DNA of 64,000 bases from a virus (lineage: Duplodnaviria; Caudoviricetes), in IMG/VR virus record IMGVR_UViG_3300029305_012082, positions 32,001 through 96,000 of that record. One strand, written 5' to 3'. Below, in pieces: positions 55,806 through 64,000 of the stretch. The position numbers and the translations under genes were made by a program. The notes beneath the pieces are model-generated. The model saw only the letters and a program-made list of their open reading frames with translations. It was not told where the DNA came from and did no database searches. Numbering within the stretch: the first letter of the stretch is position 1; every line of letters starts with the position of its first letter.

Positions 55806-56232
55806 GATCCGACTGGATGCGGAAAGCATTGGCAGGCTTTGTAATTCGCTGAACGCTTGTGCCGGTGCGGCATGGAGCGTTTTTCCCTCGGCTGCTCGAA
55901 CGATGCTTCTGGCGCAGGGGACGATCTCCGTTCTGCACGACAAGGTCGAGGAGAAAAAGACCGTGCTTGTTTCCGACCTCGACTCTATGTGCCCGCGCTA
56001 CAAGGTTGTAGACGAGCACGGATGGACCATCGGCGAAAAGATCCCGAGCTTCGGATATATGAAACCCGAATACCAGAAGAACGGCCGAATGACCGGCGGA
56101 AGACGCGGCAGTTTTGATGCTCGCCTCTATAAGGGCTCGCCGCCCTGGCTCAAGTATGAGGTCTTCAAGATCGACCACCTCGGCGGAGGTATCACTTTCC
56201 ACGCAAGAAAGAGAGGAGATACCAAGGATTGA
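55786..56232 (+). CDS. hypothetical protein
   Basis: AAGGAGG RBS. Confidence 0.65.
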   Translation: MMKARSKIRLDAESIGRLCNSLNACAGAAWSVFPSAARTMLLAQGTISVLHDKVEEKKTVLVSDLDSMCPRYKVVDEHGWTIGEKIPSFGYMKPEYQKNGRMTGGRRGSFDARLYKGSPPWLKYEVFKIDHLGGGITFHARKRGDTKD

Positions 56233-56298
56233 AACGGAATAGAGTAAAACGAGGATTACCGAGTAGGGCAACCATAGAGGAGAGGGGAGGATATTTTA

Positions 56299-56682
56299 AT
56301 GGTGAACGGGCCTGACAACTACGGCGTATATAGTCAATTCGACATCGCCAAACACAAAGAAACCTTTGTTCATTACTTGGAGGTTATCATTCACTCAGAC
56401 GGACTCGTTGAATATGCCGTTCCCTCGCATCAAAAGAAACTGATACAACTCGCAGCGAGAAAATTGGGAGTTCCGGAAGAAACTATCCCGGGGCTTTGCC
56501 CACAGGAATATCATGGAGACTATATGGTCTGGCTATCAAAAATAACAGGCTGCATTGCTGTGTGGAATGATTTTTACCACGCTTACGAAATTTCGAGAGC
56601 ACAGGCGTTAAAGCTCAGAAGCCTAAAGGTAGCGGGAATTTACCACGGAACCGTTCCACCGCTCCCCGGAGACCGTGTTTGA
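56299..56682 (+). CDS. hypothetical protein
   Basis: GGAGG RBS; YAVPSHQ. Confidence 0.7.
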   Translation: MVNGPDNYGVYSQFDIAKHKETFVHYLEVIIHSDGLVEYAVPSHQKKLIQLAARKLGVPEETIPGLCPQEYHGDYMVWLSKITGCIAVWNDFYHAYEISRAQALKLRSLKVAGIYHGTVPPLPGDRV

Positions 56683-56739
56683 TATGACCGAAAATTCGGA
56701 AATGTGCCAACATCTGTTTTCTTCATCAAGCAAAAATAA

Positions 56740-56768
56740 TTGATTTTGTATTCGTTTCGGTGTATGAT
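56740..56768 (+). promoter_or_regulatory. sigma-A-type promoter of HTH gene
   Basis: TTGATT-17-TATGAT overlapped by TTTGTAT/ATACAAA inverted repeat. Confidence 0.6.
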
Positions 56769-56798
56769 ACAAATAATTTAGAGATAGGAGGTTGTCTG

Positions 56799-57311
56799 AT
56801 GACGGCAAAAGATATCATCGAGGCTGTATCGAAAATCACCCACACAAGCCAGAATGAACTATCGAGAAAGGCAGGCAAACCTGTACAGTGGCTTAATACC
56901 AGAATGACCCGAGGAACCCTGAGAGTTGATGATCTGCTTCAGATTTTAGATGTAGCCGGCATCGACATCACGCTTACGGTGCGAGAAACAGGCGAAATTA
57001 TCAAGCCGTATATTGTCGGATACGGACGAAGAGTGCGCCGCATGGTTGATCGGGTTATCTACGACACTGCAGCAGCAGATGCTCTGTCTAACAGCTTTTT
57101 TGCAGACGGCGTAAACGAGTTCAACGACGATGGCAAGGCATCAGAACTGTACATGGATAGATCCGGTAGATACTTTCTGGCCGAATATACTTCTTGGGAA
57201 GGCGAAAAAGACCGTATCGAACCGGTGTCCGGCGAACGTGCCGCCGCATACATCGCAAAACACGGTACCACTTTGATGAAAAAGCATAATGATGAAAATG
57301 CTCCTCTGTAA
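56799..57311 (+). CDS. XRE-like HTH protein with uncharacterised C-terminal domain
   Basis: SQNELSRKAGKPVQWLNTRM helix-turn-helix; YDT...LY....GRYFL. Confidence 0.7.
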   Translation: MTAKDIIEAVSKITHTSQNELSRKAGKPVQWLNTRMTRGTLRVDDLLQILDVAGIDITLTVRETGEIIKPYIVGYGRRVRRMVDRVIYDTAAADALSNSFFADGVNEFNDDGKASELYMDRSGRYFLAEYTSWEGEKDRIEPVSGERAAAYIAKHGTTLMKKHNDENAPL

Positions 57312-57331
57312 CGAGGAGCATTTTTCTTTTT
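57295..57331 (+). terminator. intrinsic terminator
   Basis: AAAATGCTCCTC/GAGGAGCATTTT followed by T run. Confidence 0.8.
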
Positions 57332-57381
57332 GGCAAATATTTAGATAACAGAAAATATTTCTAGAAACATCGATTTCACTA

Positions 57382-57440
57382 TTGACTTTACCGATAGGTG
57401 TGCTACGATATAGTCACAAAAAACTTTACCGATCGGTAAA
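57382..57440 (+). promoter_or_regulatory. phage promoter plus downstream operator
   Basis: TTGACT-16-TACGAT; TTTACCGATCGGTAAA at 57425; near copy of 41919-41977. Confidence 0.8.
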
Positions 57441-57476
57441 ACAGTTGTACACGGCGGATAGAAAGGGAGAAAAAGA

Positions 57477-57977
57477 ATGCTTTACAGTGAATTCCTTCTT
57501 GGAACAGGCGCAGTAGACAATGTTGCATCCTATAAAGAGTACCGGCGAGTCGAGCGGATCTACATGGAGTCCGATCATTGCTCTAAAGAGGATGCATACC
57601 GGATGGCAAAGGTTGAAACCGTTAAGCAGTTCGAGGCTCGTCAGCGCAAAGCTCGAAAGGCCGAAATCGAATGGGTAAAGAATAATATCATCTCCGCCGC
57701 TGCTTTCATTCGTGCAATGGCAGAAAAGGAAGGAACCGTTTCCGGCATGGGTTATTCTCACCGCACTCCTTGCGGAAATATCTTCGAGCTGAAGCTGAAC
57801 CGTCAGATCAATGGTTGCTCGGTTCTCCTGTACGACTTCTTCGTAAATGGAAAGCAGATCGACACCAGCGAAAGCGGCTACAACCTGCTGCCCAGTGCAG
57901 AGTTCCAGAGTTACCGAGCAAATTGGCACGACAAGACTCGCGAGGAGCTGGAAGACCTTTTCGGATATATTGCATAA
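57477..57977 (+). CDS. hypothetical protein
   Basis: GGGAG RBS after promoter. Confidence 0.7.
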   Translation: MLYSEFLLGTGAVDNVASYKEYRRVERIYMESDHCSKEDAYRMAKVETVKQFEARQRKARKAEIEWVKNNIISAAAFIRAMAEKEGTVSGMGYSHRTPCGNIFELKLNRQINGCSVLLYDFFVNGKQIDTSESGYNLLPSAEFQSYRANWHDKTREELEDLFGYIA

Positions 57978-58017
57978 ATGGAGACAGATTGCAGATACAG
58001 AGAAAGGAGGTGCCAAG

Positions 58018-58188
58018 ATGGCTCTTAGTAAGTTTGCACAGGCGTATCTCGAAGCAGAGAGAAACTTGCGAGATGAGTGCGATGAGATGGTTCGTAGGGG
58101 TGAATGCAGCGAAGACTATGCCGAATTTCGCTTTCAGATGGTGAGAGATGAAATTCTAGAAGCTATGGCTTATGCTGATATGGACTAA
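58018..58188 (+). CDS. hypothetical protein
   Basis: AAGGAGG RBS. Confidence 0.6.
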   Translation: MALSKFAQAYLEAERNLRDECDEMVRRGECSEDYAEFRFQMVRDEILEAMAYADMD

Positions 58189-58239
58189 AACCAAATGCAC
58201 AAAGGAAAAGTTGTTTACCCAAAAGGAGGAAGTCAAAAA

Positions 58240-59013
58240 ATGATTGATGCAGCACAGGACAGAACCTATTTGCACACTTATATCTTGCAGCAGCAGGTTC
58301 TCGACAATATCGCTACCAAACTGGGGGTTGTCTGCTTCAGACCGAACTATCACGCAAAGAAAGGCGATGCAAACACCGTCTTGTTTTACACCAAGGAGGA
58401 TCACGCTCACAATTGTCATGTAGACAGGCAACCCACAACTTATAGCCCTTCTCAGGCTGCAGACCTGCCGTATTTCATCGACGAAAAATATATCTACCGA
58501 GACCATTTCTGGTTCTTTGAGAATACGGACATCAACGGAAGACACGATCTCGACTTTGCGAATTTCGGAATGTTCGATCTCAGAGGACATGAATGGGCCA
58601 AGCGGATTTACGGAGCGGTATGGCTTGCCCTGACAAAGAAGCTGCAGAAAGATTATGTTATTTCCTGCGGAGGGTTCGCACAGATTTTTGAAGCAGACGA
58701 GCGATATAACGATTATAATCGGGATTTGATTGCTTCGTTTGCAATGGCAAAGGGAGAAACTTGGATAGGCAGCTTTAATCTCACCAAAGAAGAACGAGAT
58801 GATGTTCGAAACAACGGCATGTCTGTGTACAGAAAATACGAAGGAGACACGGTTTTGAACTTTGGTTGTTCTTTCATAGTACCGAAAAAGGATGAAAAAC
58901 TTGAGATGGCGATCAAAGCATGGAATGGATTAAACGAGAAGAACACAGTTCGTCCTGAACATCTCCTTAATCTGGTAGAACGTGCAGGAGGAATTTATTT
59001 ACATTGGTTTTGA
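58240..59013 (+). CDS. hypothetical protein
   Basis: AAGGAGG RBS. Confidence 0.7.
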   Translation: MIDAAQDRTYLHTYILQQQVLDNIATKLGVVCFRPNYHAKKGDANTVLFYTKEDHAHNCHVDRQPTTYSPSQAADLPYFIDEKYIYRDHFWFFENTDINGRHDLDFANFGMFDLRGHEWAKRIYGAVWLALTKKLQKDYVISCGGFAQIFEADERYNDYNRDLIASFAMAKGETWIGSFNLTKEERDDVRNNGMSVYRKYEGDTVLNFGCSFIVPKKDEKLEMAIKAWNGLNEKNTVRPEHLLNLVERAGGIYLHWF

Positions 59014-59029
59014 AACAAGGAGGACGAAA

Positions 59030-59494
59030 ATGAACGGATATCAGAAACTGATGCGGAGACATCAAAAAGAATTCAATGAATTTCCTATCCATTTTGCATT
59101 CGGTCAAGAGCAGATTGACAGAAAGATCGAGGAACTTCATCTCAGCAAGGATCCCGGGAAAAGAGCGCAGCAGATCGTATCCATTGGTGCAGGAGGTTTC
59201 GTTCTGAAAGAGGATTTTCCCAGATATGCAGAGATGTGCGAGAGACACGCCAAGGAACGACTCGAAGCAATGGCAGATGATGAGAATGGCGCGACCTACT
59301 TGTACGATATGTTCTACACGGAACTGGTCAATCACGAATATGGATATACCCTCAGCACAGAAGACACCTTATGTGCTCTCGGCTTATCCAGAGAGGACAT
59401 TGAATCGAATCCTGTCATGAAAGAAGCTTTGAGAAAAGCCACTACAGACATTCTGAAAGCTGAAGGATACGAAACAGAAGCGGAGGAAGATTGA
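59030..59494 (+). CDS. hypothetical phage protein
   Basis: FAFGQEQ...GAGGF...ELVNHEY pattern. Confidence 0.7.
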   Translation: MNGYQKLMRRHQKEFNEFPIHFAFGQEQIDRKIEELHLSKDPGKRAQQIVSIGAGGFVLKEDFPRYAEMCERHAKERLEAMADDENGATYLYDMFYTELVNHEYGYTLSTEDTLCALGLSREDIESNPVMKEALRKATTDILKAEGYETEAEED

Positions 59495-59664
59495 TGCGAT
59501 TTGCATTCAAAGTATTTTATCGAACTGATCGTTCCCGCAAAGAAGGGAAATTTCAATATAAGCTGGTTCGTGCAAGAAACCATATCGAAGCCTGCGAGAA
59601 GTTCATGCAGAAATACCCGCATTTGCCTACTCCACTCTATGCAGTCTAAAGGGGTGAAAACTCG

Positions 59665-60306
59665 GTGGAAGAAAAAAGCAACGTAAGGACAGTCCGCTAT
59701 ATTGGAACTCATAATTGCGAAGACCTGTATCGATGCATCGACAACGGGCGTGTGTATATCAGACAGACACTGAACACTTCCAACCCGGTCGGGCTTGTCC
59801 GATGGTTGACCACCAGCAAATGGTCTGGAGGATATGAAGCAAACTGCCCCATCAAATGTGGTATCACAATGCGAGTGATTGATAGGAAGCGCAATGTGCT
59901 TTTCGAAGAAACGGTCGAAAACATTGATGGAGTGTTTGCCGGGAAAGCAGCAGTGAAAAAAGGCAATTCAATGAGCGAGGAAATTGCTAATCATGCCAAT
60001 CGCCTAAAAAAAGAACTCGGCTTGAACCTGCTGAGTTACGAGGCATGGAAGAAAACTATGATGGACGATGCTAAGCATCATGGTTTCACTGGATATTCGG
60101 ATAACTGGCTGTATCCGGAATCCGACTATATGGAGAAGAGCATCATCCAGACTTTTGAAATGCTAGGTGTGCCGGCAGCACTCTCTTGCCAAAGGGCGAG
60201 ACATCGTATTTCCAAAAGAATGTATCTTTGTTATGAAATCATAGATTTGAAAGATAATCTCACCTTTGATCTTTTGGGATATGAAGATTATGGGATCTAT
60301 GAATAA
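59665..60306 (+). CDS. hypothetical protein
   Basis: GGGGTG RBS then GTG start. Confidence 0.65.
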   Translation: MEEKSNVRTVRYIGTHNCEDLYRCIDNGRVYIRQTLNTSNPVGLVRWLTTSKWSGGYEANCPIKCGITMRVIDRKRNVLFEETVENIDGVFAGKAAVKKGNSMSEEIANHANRLKKELGLNLLSYEAWKKTMMDDAKHHGFTGYSDNWLYPESDYMEKSIIQTFEMLGVPAALSCQRARHRISKRMYLCYEIIDLKDNLTFDLLGYEDYGIYE

Positions 60307-60319
60307 TTTTTCGATCAAA

Positions 60320-60337
60320 TTTTACCGATCGGTAAAA
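60320..60337. promoter_or_regulatory. palindromic operator-like site
   Basis: TTTTACCGATCGGTAAAA. Confidence 0.7.
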
Positions 60338-60352
60338 ATGGGAGGAGAACAC

Positions 60353-60583
60353 ATGGAAAGAAACTGGAGACTTGGAGACGACCTTCTTCCGAGCGACAAC
60401 ATTCTCGACGGCCTTACCTTTGATGATCTGATTTTGGCAACCAGACACACGAGTGTCGTAAACCCGAAAACGGTCAGGGAGAACCTGAAGGATATGCTCG
60501 AAGGAAGGCTGGAGGATATGTGGTTCCTGGTCGAGAACAACATGGACATCATCATCCAGGCTGCACTGAAAGGAAGAGGTTAA
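60353..60583 (+). CDS. hypothetical protein
   Basis: GGAGG RBS. Confidence 0.65.
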   Translation: MERNWRLGDDLLPSDNILDGLTFDDLILATRHTSVVNPKTVRENLKDMLEGRLEDMWFLVENNMDIIIQAALKGRG

Positions 60584-60844
60584 ATGGAACGAAAGAAAAT
60601 CGTCATCACCGAAGAAAAGTATGCACCGGTTCTAAAAACAGGAGATCGTTTCGTTGCAAAATCCAAAGGACGTCCCGAAACGGAATTTGAATTCGTTGGA
60701 TTCTCTCCGTTCAACAACTGCAAGTGCCAATACATCATCCTCAAGAATATCGAAACCGGAAACCACCTTGGCGTAGAACGCCTTTGGTTTGACGAGACGT
60801 ACTGCGGAAGAAAAATCACCCTAGTAAAGGAGGGAGAAGATTGA
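60584..60844 (+). CDS. hypothetical protein
   Basis: Adjacent ORF; GAGG RBS. Confidence 0.6.
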   Translation: MERKKIVITEEKYAPVLKTGDRFVAKSKGRPETEFEFVGFSPFNNCKCQYIILKNIETGNHLGVERLWFDETYCGRKITLVKEGED

Positions 60845-61644
60845 AATATTGCAACTGCCTAACGTGTGACGCCTACTTCGAGATGAAGAAAGCCGAAAGA
60901 AGAAAGGGCAGATGGTATGCAAGTTGTCCTGATTGCGGCTGTTTGGCGGAAATCGACATTGACGACTATGTAGTCCCCACCGGGACATACGTCAAAATCT
61001 CGCCCAATCATTATGGCGAGATCGTCAAATGCAGTCACAAAAATGCAAAGGACTACTCCGAGATCCTTTACCTTGTCTTGCTTGAAGACGATGGAGAAGA
61101 AAGCACGTTCTGGGCAAAACGAAGCGATTTTACTCTTGCTGAGGACTGGCGCAAGATCCGGAGAGATGAAAATGGTTTCCACAGGGTATGCCATTATCCG
61201 GCAAACCAAGAATACAGCAATGTCCCGTGCTATAACTGCGCCGATCGCGCAAAGTGCAGCTACGATATTTATGCTCAGCTAAATGCTTATGAAGAATCGG
61301 ACATGCAGCCGGATCTATGCCAGAAGTACGGTCGCCTCAACAAGGAACTCAGGAAATCGGGGCTGACATTTGCGGGTCTCATGGAAATGATCGCAGCACA
61401 CAAGGCTGGAGAGTTGTACAAGCTTCCGTGTCCCATCGGAGGAACCCTATGGAGAGTGCGGTCTCAGGAAAGTAGGCGCGGATGCAAAAGAACGTATTTT
61501 GTCCAGCCCATTACGTTCAACCAGCACAATCTTTTCAAGATCGTGTTCGGTGGCGAATTAAACACCGTTGTCTTTGCAAGCAAAGACGATGCAAAAAATA
61601 GACTGGAGGAACTGAAAATTGAAGACAAAAATTCTGGGCATTAA
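60841..61644 (+). CDS. Zn-ribbon multidomain hypothetical protein
   Basis: CLTC...CPDC; L.AYE...LPC..G and VF.SK.DA motifs. Confidence 0.65.
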   Translation: MKYCNCLTCDAYFEMKKAERRKGRWYASCPDCGCLAEIDIDDYVVPTGTYVKISPNHYGEIVKCSHKNAKDYSEILYLVLLEDDGEESTFWAKRSDFTLAEDWRKIRRDENGFHRVCHYPANQEYSNVPCYNCADRAKCSYDIYAQLNAYEESDMQPDLCQKYGRLNKELRKSGLTFAGLMEMIAAHKAGELYKLPCPIGGTLWRVRSQESRRGCKRTYFVQPITFNQHNLFKIVFGGELNTVVFASKDDAKNRLEELKIEDKNSGH

Positions 61645-62215
61645 GGGTGGTTGGCAGGAGGTCGTTGACAACTGCCGCGCAACTGTATCAAAGCCTCCGC
61701 TCGGTAAAGAACCGAGTGAAGACTTCAAGAGAAAAATCCTGCTCTCCGAACATTCGCCTATCCGTTGCATCTCCGTTCACTGGATCTGGAACGGCATCAA
61801 ATCTTGGATTGCAACACACTGGAGCAGACATAAGTGGGAATGCTTCATTTCGACTCAAAGAACAGACAGAACTGGAGTTAATCGGGATCAGCTCACTCAG
61901 GACAACCCTGTGACCTTCACAGGTGAAGCGAATGTGCAGCAGCTAATCGACACATGGCGCAAGCGTCTCTGCTATCAAGCGTCCGAGGAAACCCGCAAGT
62001 ATGCAGAGGATTTCAAAGAAGCTCTCCACGATCTCGAACCTGAGATTTCTGATGTATTAGTCCCGAATTGCGTTTATCGAGGAGGCTGTCCCGAACTCAC
62101 CTGCTGCGGTTATTATCAAAAGCTTCTTAGAATGAACCCGGATTGTGCTTCTTCTGATCTTCGGAAACGATACGAAGCCTATAACGAGATGTTCCGGAAC
62201 GGGAAAGGTAGATAA
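61619..62215 (+). CDS. thyX: FAD-dependent thymidylate synthase-like protein
   Basis: EHSPIR, THWSRH, STQRTDR, KRLC..A..E and VPNCVYRGGCPE motifs. Confidence 0.8.
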   Translation: MKTKILGIKGGWQEVVDNCRATVSKPPLGKEPSEDFKRKILLSEHSPIRCISVHWIWNGIKSWIATHWSRHKWECFISTQRTDRTGVNRDQLTQDNPVTFTGEANVQQLIDTWRKRLCYQASEETRKYAEDFKEALHDLEPEISDVLVPNCVYRGGCPELTCCGYYQKLLRMNPDCASSDLRKRYEAYNEMFRNGKGR

Positions 62216-62224
62216 AGGCGTAAT

Positions 62225-62674
62225 ATGAGACTAATAAAATGCCCGAAGTGCAAATCTTTTGTAACAACCGAGGACAACCTGCAGCAGCAAATGTTTGCAG
62301 AAGTTAGCCGTTTGTCAGAGCTTGCCAGAAAGGACAAGAAAAACGCTGCAGCTTATTTGTCGGAAGCGAAAACAATCCGGAAAATTCTATCACAGACCAT
62401 TCATCTTTCAGCACAGCTGGATGAAGAACGGTCGAGGCTGGCGAACGAACTCAAAGTTATCGTCCATTACCTGCTTGACAATCACCTTATTACACAAGAA
62501 AAGTTAGACGAGCTGAATAATATTGCAAGATCACACGCTGCAGAAAATCAGAGAAAAGCTTCTGATCGCATGCAGGAACTCTACGGCGATTTCAACAATA
62601 TTATGTCCAACCGCAGCAAATCCGACCCTACAGCTGACAGAGCAATCAGACAGTCTCAGAGGAAAAAACCATGA
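62225..62674 (+). CDS. hypothetical protein
   Basis: CPKC plus helical region. Confidence 0.65.
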   Translation: MRLIKCPKCKSFVTTEDNLQQQMFAEVSRLSELARKDKKNAAAYLSEAKTIRKILSQTIHLSAQLDEERSRLANELKVIVHYLLDNHLITQEKLDELNNIARSHAAENQRKASDRMQELYGDFNNIMSNRSKSDPTADRAIRQSQRKKP

Positions 62675-62791
62675 CAGGCGCAATCTTCCGGCTTTGTGGG
62701 GGTGCATTTGTATTTTGTGATGGGATGTGTCAATCTTGCCCGAGAATGCAGTTCAACACAATAAACGAAACACAAGAGGAGAATATTCGAT

Positions 62792-63403
62792 ATGACCAAT
62801 AAAAGAGTACAAGAACAGGCATATTGTCAATTGACCCTCACTAAGGAGCAAGCAGACATTTTGCAAAAAGCCTGCGAGATGTATGCCAGAGTCAGGATGG
62901 GGCAGTTCTCAGAAATAATTTGGTGCTTACTTGATATCAAGACACCAACTGAAGAGTATTGCAAGAGACGAGATGAAGCTGAACGACTGTTGTATGAAGC
63001 CCGTAAACATATCTATCCTGACCTTTTTGGGAGAGGTCACTCCTATGGAATTGGAAAATTTGAAGATGCTGACATAGCCTTTGATATCCATCAAGTCCTA
63101 AGATATAAAAAAGGGGACCAGAGAGAACCGTTCAGCTACAGACATCTTCCCGAAGTCAAATTGCTTTGCTGTGAGAATAAGACGGAGAATGGAGATGAAG
63201 AGAAACCCAACATCAACAAGATGACCGCTGAAGAAATAAATTCAGTTACAGGAATTGGACCTACTAAGAGTTTGCAGATTGTCAGAGCCAGAAAGCACTG
63301 GCTTCATACAATTGAAGCTGCTGAAGATCTTCTTAAAATAGGGGGCATCGGACACATTACTGTCATGAAAATTGCTGAGAAAGTGAGGTTCGGTACAAAA
63401 TGA
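62792..63403 (+). CDS. protein with C-terminal ComEA-like helix-hairpin-helix domain
   Basis: NINKMTAEEINSVTGIGPTK...DLLKIGGIG. Confidence 0.72.
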   Translation: MTNKRVQEQAYCQLTLTKEQADILQKACEMYARVRMGQFSEIIWCLLDIKTPTEEYCKRRDEAERLLYEARKHIYPDLFGRGHSYGIGKFEDADIAFDIHQVLRYKKGDQREPFSYRHLPEVKLLCCENKTENGDEEKPNINKMTAEEINSVTGIGPTKSLQIVRARKHWLHTIEAAEDLLKIGGIGHITVMKIAEKVRFGTK

Positions 63404-63924
63404 CTACGGAAGAAGTAGCATTCATTCTGCAAATCATAAAAAAAGAAATTGGTGCTATGTATGAAACTCCATATCCTAACAACCACGGGATCCATATGCT
63501 TCATCGACGAGAAAAAGCCTTGGATTTTGCGATTGAAGCCGTTTCAGAGAAAAGCGAAAGTGATAAAAACCTTCCCATCGAACTGAGCGTCCTCAAAAGC
63601 ATGAAGTGGGAACCAGTGTGGCTAGAACATTACTTACGGCATTCAGACAGAATTGAGACTTACGGTGGTTGGGCCATCGTTGATGGAGACTATGCTTGCA
63701 CTCTGAAGCATCTCGATCCGGAACAGTTCGTTGTATTTTCAAAAAGTAATGGTCAGCAACTGTTCATGAAAACAAAAGAATTTGGAATGCCTCAAAAGCA
63801 TCTAGACATTGGCTGGCTTGCGTATAGACGTGAGCCAGATGGAATTTGCAAAACAAAACACGGAGAGATTTACGGGCGAAGAACTCTGACTCTTGACTAT
63901 GTTGATAAGCAGGTAAACGCATGA
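63400..63924 (+). CDS. hypothetical protein
   Basis: ATGA overlap; EPVW...WLAYRREP. Confidence 0.65.
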   Translation: MTTEEVAFILQIIKKEIGAMYETPYPNNHGIHMLHRREKALDFAIEAVSEKSESDKNLPIELSVLKSMKWEPVWLEHYLRHSDRIETYGGWAIVDGDYACTLKHLDPEQFVVFSKSNGQQLFMKTKEFGMPQKHLDIGWLAYRREPDGICKTKHGEIYGRRTLTLDYVDKQVNA

Positions 63925-64000
63925 AAGCAAGTAAAGAAGACCCCAAAACTCCTAGGAACTTTTCCGACAAGACAATGGAATTATACCATGCAGAAGTCGT

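Noticed and set aside
1-64000. Integrase, att site or host flanks
   Set aside because: None recognised, so temperate versus lytic lifestyle cannot be decided from this window.

Overview
This window is a 64-kb segment of a large tailed phage or prophage with a contractile tail, probably infecting a Bacillota/Clostridia host (GGAGG RBSs, sigma-A-type promoters, CHAP endolysin with an SLH-like tail). Nearly all genes are on the + strand. Order: (1) 3' part of a portal-like protein extended by Nudix, ADP-ribosyltransferase and a putative toxin domain, then a small partner gene, a Cys-rich gene and an ADP-ribosylglycohydrolase; (2) six intact and two degenerate tRNAs separated by repeated structured spacers; (3) head genes (MuF, DUF2213-type protease/scaffold, cement, DUF2184-type capsid); (4) neck, sheath, tube, a -1 frameshifted chaperone, tape measure, baseplate and fibre; (5) a radical SAM/SPASM + CXXX-repeat cassette inside the tail-fibre region and about 12 kb of accessory tail proteins; (6) lysis genes; (7) about 22 kb of small early genes in cassettes driven by a conserved TTGAC-N17-TACGAT promoter and a TTTACCGATCGGTAAA palindrome. 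Best candidates for new biology: the portal-fused ADP-ribosylation write/erase system, the tail-embedded radical SAM system, and the repeated inter-tRNA RNA with variable anti-RBS-like tracts. All family calls come from motifs read by eye and gene order; no database search was run.
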